Notes: generated from the sequence alone by a model not told the origin. Counted from the whole stretch's first letter, positions 37,736-50,100 are shown. The stretch is 61,618 nt of DNA, filler included, from Fonticula-like sp. SCN 57-25 (GCA_001724245.1; 2 parts of 2 records of this genome joined end to end with filler, not necessarily neighbours in it); one strand, 5' to 3'. Made by a program: numbers and translations.

Positions 37736-39577
37736 TTACTGCTCGATCCACTGCGCGCGCTTCCGCTTGGGCGACGGAACAGGCGCCGGCAGGCGAAGGT
37801 CCGCGGGCGCGTTCACCTTGAAGAACGGCTGCACCTTGTCGGCCGTGAACTGGATGCGGCGGCCGACGGACGACGTCCCCGCGGACGTTTTCTTGAGGAT
37901 CGAGCGCGGTGTCCGCGGCGCGGCCGGCGGCGGTGGGGTCACCTGAGCGCCTGCCGCCGACATCGGCGTGCCAGGCGGCGTCGAAAACGACTCTTGCGGC
38001 GTGAAGAAAGCGGGCTGAGGGCTCTTGCCGGCGGGCGAGAAAAATTCTGTCGGCGTGGACGGCGACGCGGTCGCCCCCGACACCTCCCGCAAGCGCTTAT
38101 TCATGACGGGCGTCGACTCTTTCGACGATGCCTGCTTGGCCGCATGGACCGGCTGCGCGGCCTTGGGCGCGGCCTTTTCCTTGGGCGCGGCCTTTTCCTT
38201 GGGCGCGGGAGACGCGTCCTGGGCAGCGGCGCCAACCTCGCTGTCCGTGTGCGTGCGCTTGTTGCTCTCCTGCTCCATCTGCTCCTGCTGCCCCTTGGCG
38301 GCGCCACCGCGCTTGCGGCGCTTGCGCTTGCCTTGGCCGTCGGACGCGGCGGGCGCTTCGGCCTCGGGCGTGGGGGCAAACACGTCGTCGCGGTCGGGCA
38401 TCTTTGCAGCGTCGGCAAACAATTTCGAAAGGGCATAGATCGGCTTGCGGTGCTTCTGAAGCGTATTTCTGTGCGGAAAGAAAAAGTGTGTCAGCTGAGA
38501 AAGAGGAAATGTTTGGCGCGCGCACATGTCGCTGGCGAGCGTAAAGAGGCGCTCTGAAAGGGCGCTCAGGTGCGCCACCTCAAACCAGGCAAACTTGCGC
38601 GCATCTGCACAATATTATTAGGCAAGCACATCGCAAAATTATGCTGGCACGTACGTGAATCCTCAATCTTTTCGTCCTCGAGGACATAGTCAGACGGTGC
38701 ATCGCCGACGCGCGCCGTCACGTGAAAGACAGACGTCACGACGTGGTTGAACAGCCCGAGGTCAGTCGCTTGGGCAAGAACGCCAAAGAACGGTTCCAGT
38801 AGCAAAAGAAGCGCCTTGGTCGACAGCTGAGCGAGGACGTGAGCGGCAATACTAAAAAATGCGTTAGCGTACCGGCTTGGGCGATGCGACGGCAAGCTCC
38901 TCGAGAAAAACTTCGCAAACATGGAAACGAATACCGTTGGAAACAGAGCCATGAGCGGGGCTAATCGCGCGACAACGTCAGCAAGGGGAAAGCAAAAGGG
39001 CGGCGTACTGCAGGGGGGCCTCGGCAAAGATGGCGGCAAAGTCAGCGAGCGACTTTTCGCTCCATTCGCGGTTGGCGCAGTACACGAGTCCCTCGCGCAC
39101 ATAGCGACGGATAAGCGCGTAGTATTTGTCAAGGCGGTGGTGGTCTAGCGTGTGCCACTCGCGCACGATTGTCCTCCAAAAGGCGCGCTGAAAGTCCACA
39201 CCAAGATCCCCGCGGAAGGCGTGCATCATTGTGGCCAGGCGCTCGGCGAGATCGAGCTGAACGGGAGTCTTGTCGGCGAGCCACATGCTGTAATAAAGAC
39301 CCTTCCAGAGACGCATGAGCTCGTGCTCCGGGAGCTTGTCCTTGGTCGAGACGAACCGCGTCAGCGCCTTGAGCGCACGGTCCCGCGCCGCCTTGTCTGC
39401 AAACGATCCTGGTTAGACGTGCAACGCTTTACAGCCAAGCATCGCACCGCTGACAACGAGACGGTGAGCAAAGTTGAGCTTGCGCTGGTCCGCATCGCCG
39501 TTCCCCGACGACGCCGACGCGCGCGCCTTGGTCGACTGCACCGTGGCCCCAGGCATCGCACCGTCAGCAGCACGCAT
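37736..39577 (-). CDS. RRP1: Ribosomal RNA processing protein 1 (Nop52 family)
   Basis: RDRALKAL, RLWKGLYYSMWLADKTPVQ, REWHTLDHHRLDKYYALIRR and LLLEPF, followed by a low-complexity tail. Alternative start at 39556. Confidence 0.92.
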
Positions 39578-39689
39578 GTGGACACACGTGGTTTGAGAAA
39601 AATCGCATGCGATTTTTGGTCATTGTACCACGTTTCCGTCGCGGATCGTCTCTCGGGTAGTGCGCGCGCTGCTTGGACGAGAAAAGAGG

Positions 39690-41223
39690 ATGTTTCGTGT
39701 GCTCCAAAAGTCCGCGACTCTGTCGCGCTCGGTTGCGGCCTTGGCCGTGAAGCCCGGTACGCAAAATGACCACCAAAACTTGCGTGAGAAACTCACGCTT
39801 TGGCGCGCTGACAGGCCCGGCGCCCATGTTCACCAAGATGACTGGTGCGCCTTGACCGTCCCCCCGTGGCACGCGTGTTGTACTGACGCAATTTCTACGT
39901 AGGCATGATGCTTGCGCGCCACATGTCTGACTTTGTCCGTGGCAAGCCGCACGTCAACATTGGCACGATCGGTCACGTCGATCACGGCAAGACCTCGCTC
40001 ACCGCCGCCATTACCAAGGGTGCGTGACAGCGTGGGACGAATGCCGCCGTACCAACGCGCCCTCTTTTGTTCTTTTTAGTTCTCGCCAAGGCTGGCAGCG
40101 CCAACTTCCGCGCGTACGACCAAATTGACAGCGGCAAGGAGGAGCGCGCTCGCGGTATCACCATCGACTCGGCTCACATTGAGTACGAGACGGCCAAGCG
40201 CCACTATGCGCACGTCGACTGCCCCGGTCACGCTGACTACATCAAGAACATGATTACTGGTGCTGCCCAGATGGACGGTGCTATTCTCGTCGTGTCGGGC
40301 CCCGACGGCTCCATGCCCCAGACCCGGTGCGCCCCTCTTTTCAGTTTTTTTTTTCCTCTCTGACATTCTCATCGATATCCAGTGAGCACGTTCTTCTTGC
40401 CAAGCAGGTCGGTGTCCAGCACCTTGTTGTCTTTGTCAACAAGGCCGACGCCGTTGACGACAAGGAGATTCTCGAGCTTGTTGAGATGGAGATCCGCGAG
40501 CTGCTGAACAAGTACGGCTTCCCCGGCGACGATGTCCCGGTGATCATGGGCTCTGCTCTGTGCACGCTCGAGGACCGCGATCCCGAGATTGGCGAGAAGG
40601 CGATTCTGAAGCTGATGGACACTGTGGACACGTACATCCCTGACCCCATGCGCGAGCTGGACAAACCCTTCCTCATGTCGATTGAGGACACCTTCTCGAT
40701 TGCCGGCCGTGGTACCGTTGTGACCGGTCGCGTGGAGCGTGGCCAGGTCAAGAAGGGTGAGGAAGTCGAGATTGTCGGCTTTGGCGCCAACACCAAGACC
40801 ATTGTGACTGGTCTGGAAATGTTCCGCAAGCAGCTCGAGTTTGGCCAGGCCGGCGACAACCTCGGCGCGCTCGTGCGCGGCGTCAAGCGCGAGGAGGTGC
40901 ACCGCGGCATGGTCCTCTGCGCCCCGGGATCCATCAAGCCCCACAAGAAGTTCCAGGCGCAGCTCTACGTCCTCACCAAGGAGGAGGGCGGCCGCCACAC
41001 CCAGTTCGTCAACAAGTACCGCCCGCAGCTCTACTTCCGCACCTGCGATGTCACCGCTAGCGTTACCCTCCCCGACGACGTCGCCATGGTCATGCCCGGT
41101 GACAACGTTTCCATCACCTGCGAGCTCGTCTCTGCCGTCGCCCTCGAGGAGGGTCTCCGCTTCACCGTTCGCGAGGGTGGTCGCACTATCGGTACTGGCA
41201 TCATCACCAAGGTGATCGAGTAA
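39690..41223 (+). CDS. TUFM: Mitochondrial elongation factor Tu
   Basis: Presequence, [41 protein letters not shown] and [10 protein letters not shown], with spliceosomal introns. Confidence 0.97.
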
Positions 41224-41492
41224 TCTAGATCCGTCGACACACACGCGTATTTTGTAAAGGACCGGAGAAAATCAAATATAAATATTTCATAACCATAAGG
41301 ACTCGTATGCCCTCTAGTTCCGCCATGCCCGCCTAACGGGAGGCGCCAACGACACCTTGGCTCTTTGCAGTGCAACGTTTATAACTAAAAATTGGCAGCG
41401 TATTACCTTGCAAATTTATTTACTAAACGTGAAGAGGTATCAAGCGCGACCAAAGGACGGCGAGCGTCGTGCGCGAATATCAGCTCTTTCGT

Positions 41493-42122
41493 TTAGAAGA
41501 ACGAAAGCGCCGAGGCAACGGCGGCAAGGAGGCCAGTCACCGAGGCAAACACCGCGGTTTGGAAGCCGCTGCTGCACTCGTACTTCAGAAACACAGCGGA
41601 CGAAGGGGCCGTCTCAGAGGACAAAGGGAGAGACTCGATGCAGACACCGTCGTCGACAGAGCTAGTGGTGCAGTTGGTGGAGCAGGCGCTGTCAGAGCAG
41701 AAAAGGGTGTTGATCTTACCACCAGAGCAGGTGTACTTGCGGAAAAGGAAACCAGCGGGAAGGCAGGTATCGACAAGATTGCCAACAACGGCAGAGTAGG
41801 CGCCAGTACAGTCGCTGCTGGCATAGGTCATGGACAGCCTATACTGGCCGGTGGACAGCGGGGGCCAGATCGTGTTGGAGCAAACGGTAGACTCGGTCAT
41901 GCCGTTCACAGTGGAGCAGACCTCGACGTTGGTGGAGCAGGTGTCAATGGTGGCCTCGAAGAAGTTCGGGATGTCGGAGCACACCTCATTGTTGTCTAAA
42001 GGAGGTTGTCAATACGAATGTCGATCATCGCGCGGCATCGTACGCCGGGCGACGACGGTGTTGCCAGCGGAAGCGCAGGCGACGAGGCCGAGAAGAGCAA
42101 GGGCAGTGAAGCGAGCAGCCAT
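41493..42122 (-). CDS. Cys-rich secreted, probably GPI-anchored protein, paralog A (family unknown)
   Basis: Signal peptide MAARFTALALLGLVACASAG, one phase-1 intron, 12 mature-region Cys, C-terminal SSG plus hydrophobic tail ending ALSFF*. Confidence 0.85.
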
Positions 42123-42648
42123 TTTCACCGGTTCGAAGGCGCAGGCAGCACGAGGAAAGTATAGGAAAGGGCCCCCGTTGTAGGAACGTTATAAACCCGC
42201 TAAAGGCTCGCGCTGATTGGAGGTTGCTATCCACTTTAGGAACAAGAGCCAATCACCGGACGACATCGGGATCATGCAACGTGATTGTCCATTGGAATTC
42301 CAATCGTTTGAACCTACCCTTTTTAGGAAGACCATAGGGCACCTGCAAATTGCACTTTCGCTCGCCATACGCATGATGATATTTAGATGGAGGGACCAGC
42401 ATCAGCAGGGCGTACGCGGCCAAGGCCGCCTCTTGACGTTTGGCTAATGACTGATTATCAGGACCGATGGATATGACCGTGACCTAAATCAGATCGCATC
42501 GTATCGGAATTTTCTTTTGGAAATATTTTACAACATTGCCATTCCTCTGGGCTGCCCCTTGAACGGCATTGGATACCGATGCCGTGGCTACCGGGTACTG
42601 TACTTTTACCATTATGATCATCACTCGGAATCAAAACCCCTCCACAAG

Positions 42649-42700
42649 CCCCTGAATCCACCCTGGATTTCAACGCGTTTCCCCTGAATCTACCCTGGAA
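42649..42700 (+). repeat. Tandem pair of ~21-bp units with a palindromic core, CCCCTGAATCCACCCTGGATT (left copy)
   Basis: Units at 42649-42669 and 42681-42700; core AATCCA-ccc-TGGATT. Confidence 0.8.
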
Positions 42701-43215
42701 GTGCTGCTGAGAGGGCTGAAGACGCATTCCGAACCCAATGTCGCGCACGGCCGCGATTGTAACGGTAGGTGTACCGTAAAGTGCCGAGCATGACGTACGC
42801 AAACGTTGAGCGCCTTCACTCTATATGTCTGCTCCCAATTAGATTGGAGGACGAGCAAGCGGTGATCCTCGTGCAGTTATTTAGCAGGTTGCTGGATGCG
42901 TGTCGGGCCATGGGTGATCAAACGCTTGTCTATCAGGTCGCTCGAGTGCCACTACTATTGGGTAGCTGTTATTCCTCGAAGAATATAGGAAGCGCGCCCC
43001 TGATGGGCTGCGCGTCGAGGCACACCCGTCGCGGCGTGGCCCTCGTCCGTCCCCGCGCAAAGATGCCCACTTGAAGAAGGAAGAGTGCAATTTTGCCTGA
43101 TGGTTTAACGTATATAACTAGTTGGAAACATACTACCTTTCAAATTTATTTAATAAACGTGAAGAGGTCACTATTTCAGCCAAAGACGACGACAGACGCC
43201 GCGTGCTCCACTTCT

Positions 43216-43833
43216 TTAGAAGAACGAAAGCGCCGAGGCAACGGCGGCAAGGAGGGCAGTCACCGAAGCAAACGCCGCGGTGTGGAAGCCGCTGCTGCAC
43301 TCGTACTTGAAGGAGTAGGCTGCGCCCGTAGCGAAGGTCGTCATAATCTCGCACTCGTCTTCGACGTAGGTTACATTGTAGCAGTTGACGGAGCAGTTGC
43401 TGTCATCGCAAATGTTGACAACCGCATTGCCATTGGAACAGGAGTATGTGCGGAAGTAGCTGCCCACCTTATAGCAGGAACCGACAAGTCTACCGCTAAC
43501 CTCCATGTAGGGGCCAGTGCAGTCCTCGCTGGCATATCCAAGGGTCAACAGATACTGGCCGTCAGCCGTGGGAGGGTAGATCGTGTTGGAGCAAACAGTC
43601 GACTCGGTCTCGCCGTCCGACGTAGAGCAGATCTCCATGGAGTCCGAGCAATTGCCCACGGCAGTGAAGAACTGGGTAGGGACGTCCGAGCACACCTCAT
43701 TGTTATCTACATGAGGCCATCAATACGAATGTCAATGACCGAGCGGAAACATACGCGTGGAGACGACGGTGTTGCCAGCGGAAGCGCAGGCGACGAGGCC
43801 CAGAAGGGCAAGAACAATGAAACGAGCAGCCAT
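43216..43833 (-). CDS. Cys-rich secreted, probably GPI-anchored protein, paralog B
   Basis: MAARFIVLALLGLVACASAG, same intron position, same 12-Cys pattern and ALSFF* tail. Confidence 0.85.
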
Positions 43834-44627
43834 TCTCACCGCGATGGATGCTGCTTCATGCGGTGTCCATACGTGGACAACGTGGGCGACAACGGCGCAT
43901 TTTGATTGGTAGTTGAATCCCATTTTGGACATATTGCCGATCATCTCGATCACTGCACGTGATCTTCACTGGATCTAGATCCACATTCCATCGACATGGC
44001 CATCGGTATGCGTGCCTTTCAGGGGTGACATGAACCCCCTACCCCCGCTGCCTGTCAAGTGCGATGGCAGGTTGATACTTTCACCATTCTTACAGTTCAT
44101 TGTCACCACACCCGCACCCGTTTACACCATCGACAAGATGAGATGATCAAAAGTGCCGATGTGGCGGAATCGCAAGGCATCCAAAGGCCACCATTCTGCG
44201 GCACAAACTAGTTTGCACGATTCAATGGACCGACCGAGATTGCGCTCGATGCTGCGGAATCTGCCCCGGTGGGATGCTCGTTAAGGTTCCCCAGTCCGGT
44301 CATAACGTATCCCATAGCGATACGATACCCAGATATCACAGATCGTGGCCCACTTTTCGGTGGTGTTTGTCAAGGACTAGTGCACTTCTGTGGTTGCACT
44401 GCGAAAGAATTATTGCGAAAAGAACTCCCCGCCTCGTGGCCGTTGTGTAAACTGCCCTGTCAAGGGCTCGTCGAACGGCCGACCTGTGATTGGCTGCAAT
44501 CCCAGAAAGGAAACGCTTTCACCAATCAGATGTCTTCGAGCCCCGTGTTTCTCGACACGATTACCAGGAACCTCTCTCGATTGTTTTTTCTGTTGCCCCT
44601 TTCCTCCCCTTCCTCGTACTGGCGAAA

Positions 44628-45233
44628 ATGGCTGCTCGCTTCACTGCCCTCGCCCTTCTCGGCCTCGTCGCCTGCGCTTCCGCTGGCAACACCGTTATCG
44701 CCTTGCGTACGTTGCCGCGTGATCACCGACATTTGTATTGACGGCCTTTTGTAGACAAAAATGAGATGTGCTCGGACGTCCCGACCGAATTCGCGACTGC
44801 CATGGATTCCTGCACTTCCAACATCGAGGTCTGCACCACCCTGGACGGCGAAACCACCTCTTCCGTTTGCTCCAACACGATCTGGCCCCCGCAGTCCGCT
44901 GGCCAGTATAGGTTGGGCCTGAACTATCTCAACAGCGATTGCTCTGGCGACTACACTTCCGTTCTTGGCGATCTCGTTGATACCTGCGTTCAAATTGGTT
45001 TGAGTTCTTTGTACCGCAAGTACACCTGCTCTGATGGCAAGGTGAACACCGTTACCTGCTCCGACAGCGCCTGCTCCACTGGCTGCACCACTGTCTCTGT
45101 CGACCAAGGCGCGTGCGACACTATCGGCGTTTTGTCCGTCAAGTACGAGTGCAGCAGCGGCTTCCAGACTGCGGCCTTCGCCTCGGTGACCGCCGTCCTT
45201 GCCGCTGTTGCCTCGGCCGTTTCGTTCTTCTAA
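44628..45233 (+). CDS. Cys-rich secreted, probably GPI-anchored protein, paralog C
   Basis: MAARFTALALLGLVACASAG, intron ~44707-44754, 12 Cys and AVSFF* tail. Inverted relative to A and B. Confidence 0.85.
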
Positions 45234-45463
45234 AGAGCAGAAGCCGTCATGCGCGACGCCCGCCGTCCTCATCACGTTGACCAAAAAAATGTTACCTCTT
45301 CATTTTTAATAAATTTGAACGGTATTTATGATGCCAACAGTACCACACAGTACACTATATTACCACACGCCGCGTCATATTTCCGCACGCTGCACTGCTT
45401 GAGATAAGTGCACCTTTAGAGTGGGCATCTTCCGGGCTTCATGCTGTATTGCGTTTCAGGGAC

Positions 45464-45511
45464 AATCCGGAGAGGATTCAGGGGACCATAATCCAGGGTG
45501 GATTCAGAGGG
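45464..45511 (-). repeat. Inverted counterpart of the 42649-42700 repeat pair (right copy)
   Basis: AATCCAGGGTGGATTCAG at 45490-45507 is the exact reverse complement of 42652-42669. A second, degenerate unit lies at 45464-45484. Confidence 0.8.
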
Positions 45512-45549
45512 ACTGCCACTCACCACCAAGATGCCGCCTCGGCAACAGC

Positions 45550-46776
45550 ATGGTGGCGGCAACAGCCGAAGCGTATTTGGTGCGCTCTCCTGCCTTTGAC
45601 GGAACCGTCTAACGCGCTGCCTGCTAGTCGCCAACATCCCGTACGGCGTCACAGAGGAGCAGTTGAAAGACATCTTTCGCCAGGTCGGCACTGTCCTTTC
45701 CTTTCGGTACGCGCGGCCCCGCTCGGTTCGATCGCCCGCTGAGCCGTTCCCGCGACAGGCTGCCGATCGATCCCGCCACGAACAAGTCGCGCGGATATGG
45801 CTTTTGTGAGTTTCCCGACCAGGAGACGGCGCTTTCTGCGGTGCGCAATATGAACGGGTACCCGATCAACGGCCGCGAGCTGCGCGTGGATATGTCAACC
45901 GATGCGAGCGAACGCGGAGGGGGCGGCGGGGGCGGCGGTGGAGCGCCGCCGGCACAGATGCGTCAGTCTGCTCCGCCGCCGATGCAGAACGCGGCGTACA
46001 TGCAGCAGGGCGCGCCGCAGCTTCATCAGCCGCCGGCTCCGACGCAGCACACCATCCCAGAAGATCCGTTTGCCAACCAGCTGCCATCGACGCCAGACGC
46101 CGCAGAGCTCATCATGCGCACGGTTAGCGCCATGTCCACGAGTCAGCTTTACGATTTGCTTGTTCAATTGCAGGTGCGTTTGACGAACAGTTTTTTGGGT
46201 TTCTTTTCGTGTTCCTGGTTGGCCTTTTGCTGGTCTGCGGCGCATTTTCGCTTGCTGACAACTCTTTTCCGCCGCCTTAGACGATGACACAGCGCGAGCC
46301 TGAGCGCCTTCGCCACCTTCTTCACACCAATCCCTCTTTGACATACGCGCTGCTGCACGCGCAGGCGACCATGGGCATGATCCGCCTCGACAACCCCAAA
46401 CTATACGCGCCGCCGTCGCAGGCGCAGTTTGCGCCGGGCCCGCCGCCGCCGCCACATGGCGCCTATTCAGCGCAGCCACCACCGCCGCCGTCATCGGCCC
46501 CGCCGCCGCCGCCCGCCATGAGTGCGCATGTTTTCTTTGTTATTTGTGTTTTGCTGATGGTGTATTGTAGCCGAGCAGCAGCGCGTACAAATGCTCCAGC
46601 TTGTGGCAAACATGTCGCAGCGCGACATTGATGCCTACCCGGACCCGGCTCTGCGCGAGCAGCTGACTATTCTCAAGCAGCAGCTGGACTCGGCGCGGGG
46701 GGCAGTCCCGGCGGGTGCGCCGGCAGATCCCAGGGCGGGAGCGCCCGTCGACCCGAGGAGGAGGCAAAACAGTTAA
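45550..46776 (+). CDS. CSTF2: Cleavage stimulation factor 64 kDa subunit (Rna15)
   Basis: [47 protein letters not shown], hinge [12 protein letters not shown] and a C-terminal [14 protein letters not shown] domain. Confidence 0.92.
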
Positions 46777-47122
46777 AATAGCAGCATTTGTGCATTTTAT
46801 TTTAAATAAAGCTTTTTTGTGCCGTATTGCATTTTGTGCTTTATAAATTTTGGCTATGCTCCAGCAACACTGCCAGCATTGTACCTCCGTGGGACAAATA
46901 ATCTGCGAGGAACATGCCAGAAAGTCGATGTTTTCAAGCACAAATAAAATGAAAAGGCGGTTCACTCACAGTGTAATGGGTTTTGTGGGCGTTTCCTGCT
47001 GCTTTCCTTTCCAAAAAGCAGCCCTGAGCGCCGCCATCCCCACGTTATTACCATCACTCGCGTTTCGCTGACAGGCCACGTGATCCTTCTGCGCGTGGCC
47101 GCATCCTGCACGACCGTGCGCC

Positions 47123-50100
47123 ATGGGCAAGAACCGCCCTCGCATGAACCCAAAGGGGCGCCAGCCCAAGGGCTCGCTCCCCTCTGGCCAGCTGCCCGAC
47201 GCAACTGAGCCAGCCGACACAAACGTCGAAGTCTTGCCGGGGGAGAAATCGGCAAAGATCGCCGTTCCGCAGCTGCCGCCGGCGCCCAAGGCGCTGTCGG
47301 CCAAGCAGCGCAAGCGCATGGAAAAGTTTGTCGTACGTCTCTGCTTTAGTTTTGCGGCAGCGCGAGTGAAATGAGTGTATCTTAACGTGTTTCTTCAATA
47401 GGACCGGCAACTGAAGAAGGAGCAGCGCGTGGGCCTGATGGCCAAGCTCGGCGACGCCCCCACCTTTGATCGTGATCTGCTGATGCGCTCCAAGGATGTT
47501 GGCCGCAGCCAGCTCCCCTCTGAGCTCGTGCGCGAGCGGAAGCGCAAGGCGCTCGGCGACGACGCCGACGTCATGGCGCCGGACGCGATCGAGGCGTCGC
47601 TGCCCTCCAGCACCGCCGAGGCGATCCCCGACGGCAGCCACAAGGCTGAAAAGCGCCGCCGCCTAAGGCTGCTCCAGCGTCAGCGCAAGAAGGCCGCCAA
47701 GCTCGAGGCAGCGGCCTCTTCTTCCTCTGAAGAAGACGCTTCAAGCGAGAGTGAAGAGGAAGCGCCTCCGCCGCCGCCGCCGAAACCAACTCCGAAACCC
47801 GCACCTCCCAAGCCCGCCAAGCCCGCCGCCGCTGCGCCACCGCCGGCCGCTCGCTCGAAACCCGCTGACGCGCCTGCACTCCCTACCGTCCCCCGCCCTC
47901 GCTCCGCCCCCCAGCCCACCGTTTTTGTTCCCGTGACGCGCTCGGCCGAAGTTCAGGCGCAGCGCGCCAAGCTTCCCGTATGCGCCGAAGAGCAGGTCAT
48001 CATGGAGACGATTGCCGCCAACGACTTTGTCATCATTTCCGGCGAGACCGGCAGCGGCAAGACAACACAAGTGCCGCAGTTCCTTTACGAAGCCGGCTTT
48101 GGAAGCGCGTCGGGCGCGCGACCGGGCCGCATTGGCATCACGGAACCGCGCCGAGTGGCCGCAGTGAGTATGGCGGCGCGTGTCGGACATGAGCTCGGAG
48201 CGCCCGACAAGGTGTCTTATCAAATTCGCTTTGACGGTACCGTGAGCGACGCGACGGTGATCAAGTTTATGACGGATGGTGTGCTGCTCAAGGAGCTCTC
48301 GACAGACATTCTGCTCAGCGGGTACTCGGCCATCATTGTCGACGAGGCGCACGAGCGCGGTCTCAATACGGATATCCTCATTGGTCTGCTCAGCCGCGCA
48401 GTGCCGCTCAGAAGAAAGCTCATGCAGGAGCAGATCGACGCGGGCGTCACGCCGTCAATTCGCGTACGTTTAATTTTGGTCAATGTACTTGTGGAATGTA
48501 GTGTGACATTGGCATCGTAATTTTGATGATTTTGATATGTGTTTGACCATATTTACCTTTTTTTGGTATTATTTCATGTGAATTTGACCAATTCTCGCCA
48601 TGTTTTGTCTTTTTGTTTCGTTTTCTTACCTTTTCCCGTAGGAACTCAAGGTGATTATCATGTCTGCGACGCTCCGCGTCGACGACTTTGTAAGCAACCG
48701 CGCTCTCTTCCCGACCGACCCGCCGCCCGTCATCAACATCAACGCGCGCCAATTCCCCGTCGTCGTCCACTTTAACCGCCGCACGCCGCTCACCGACTAC
48801 GCCGACGACGTCTTTACAAAGGTCAGCAAGATTCACCGCCGCCTCCCGCCGGGCGGCATCCTCGTCTTTATGACTGGTCAGCAGGAAATTATGGCGCTTT
48901 GTAAGCGACTCCAGCGCGCTTTCCCGGGCGCGGCGGGCGACGACGGCGTCGCCGGCGCAGCCCCAGTCAAGCGCCGCCGCGGGGGCGCCTCCATGGGCCT
49001 CGAGGAAGGTGCGCCTACCTGCGTTTTCTCACTTCTTATACTAAAAATCGCATGCGATTTTAGCGGATGCCGAGGATGGCGGCGACCGCGTTCGCGATGA
49101 AGAGTCGCTCAAGACGATGCGCGCCGCGATTGAGCTGCTTGACGCGTCGGGCGACAACGCGGCGGACGGCGAAGACGAAGAAGATGAAAATGAGCTCAGC
49201 TCGGACGCCGAGAGCGACATTGAAGCCGACGGCGACAGCTCCGCCGGCCCCCTGTATGTCCTTCCGCTGTTTTCGCTGCTGTCGCCCGAGCGTCAAATGC
49301 GCGTTTTCGAGCCGCCGCCCGGCAATGCTCGCCTTTGCGTTGTCGCGACCAACGTGGCCGAGACGTCCATTACGATTCCGAATATAAAGTATGTTGTTGA
49401 TACGGGCAAGAGCAAGCAGCGCAATGTGGACCCGCGCAGCGGCGTGCAGAGCTTTGATATTGATTGGATTTCAAAGGCGTCGGCGGACCAGCGGACGGGT
49501 CGCGCGGGTCGAACTGGGCCGGGTCACTGCTACCGCATCTACTCTTCGGCCGTCTTTCAGAACGAGTACGCACATGGACATGTTTACGTGTGTTGGTTTA
49601 TTGGTGATGGTCTGATTCATGTATCATTTATGGTGCTTTTCGGAAGGTTTTCGTGTGATTTTTACACCTTTTGTGACCCATTTTTTCCACTTTTTCCCCA
49701 CTTTTCCTCCCACTTTTCTTTTATTCTAACCCTTTTTCCAGGTTCCCTCAGTTCTCCGAACCCGAAGTGACGTCAATCCCGATTGAAGGCGTCGTTCTGC
49801 AGCTCAAGAGCATGAACATCCACAACGTCGTCACCTTCCCCTTCCCCACCCCCCCCTCGCCCGACGCCCTCCGCCGCGCCGAGCAACTGCTCGTCCGCCT
49901 CGGCGCCCTCGACAGCGACGCCCGCCGAATCACCGACCTCGGCCGCACAATGTCGCAATTCCCGCTCGCCCCGCGCTTCAGCCGCATGCTCATCCTCGGC
50001 CGGCAGGGCGGCTGCCTTCCGCTCGCCGTCGCGCTCGTCGCGACCCTCACCGTCGGAAGCCCCTTTGTCGTCATTCCCGATGACAGTACTGATACGGAAA

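Noticed and set aside
38161-38208. 18-bp tandem repeat
   Set aside because: Ordinary low-complexity coding repeat (APKEKA) in the RRP1 tail, not a CRISPR array or mobile element.
39690-41223. EF-Tu as bacterial contamination or HGT
   Set aside because: It has spliceosomal introns and an N-terminal presequence, so it is the normal nuclear-encoded mitochondrial gene.
42373-42454. Possible C/D snoRNA (ATGATGA...CTGA about 80 nt apart)
   Set aside because: No terminal stem and no convincing rRNA-complementary guide by eye. A snoscan run would be needed.
43970-43983. Perfect 14-bp palindrome TGGATCTAGATCCA between paralogs B and C
   Set aside because: A single short occurrence that is plausible by chance. 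It is not clearly the axis of the inverted duplication.
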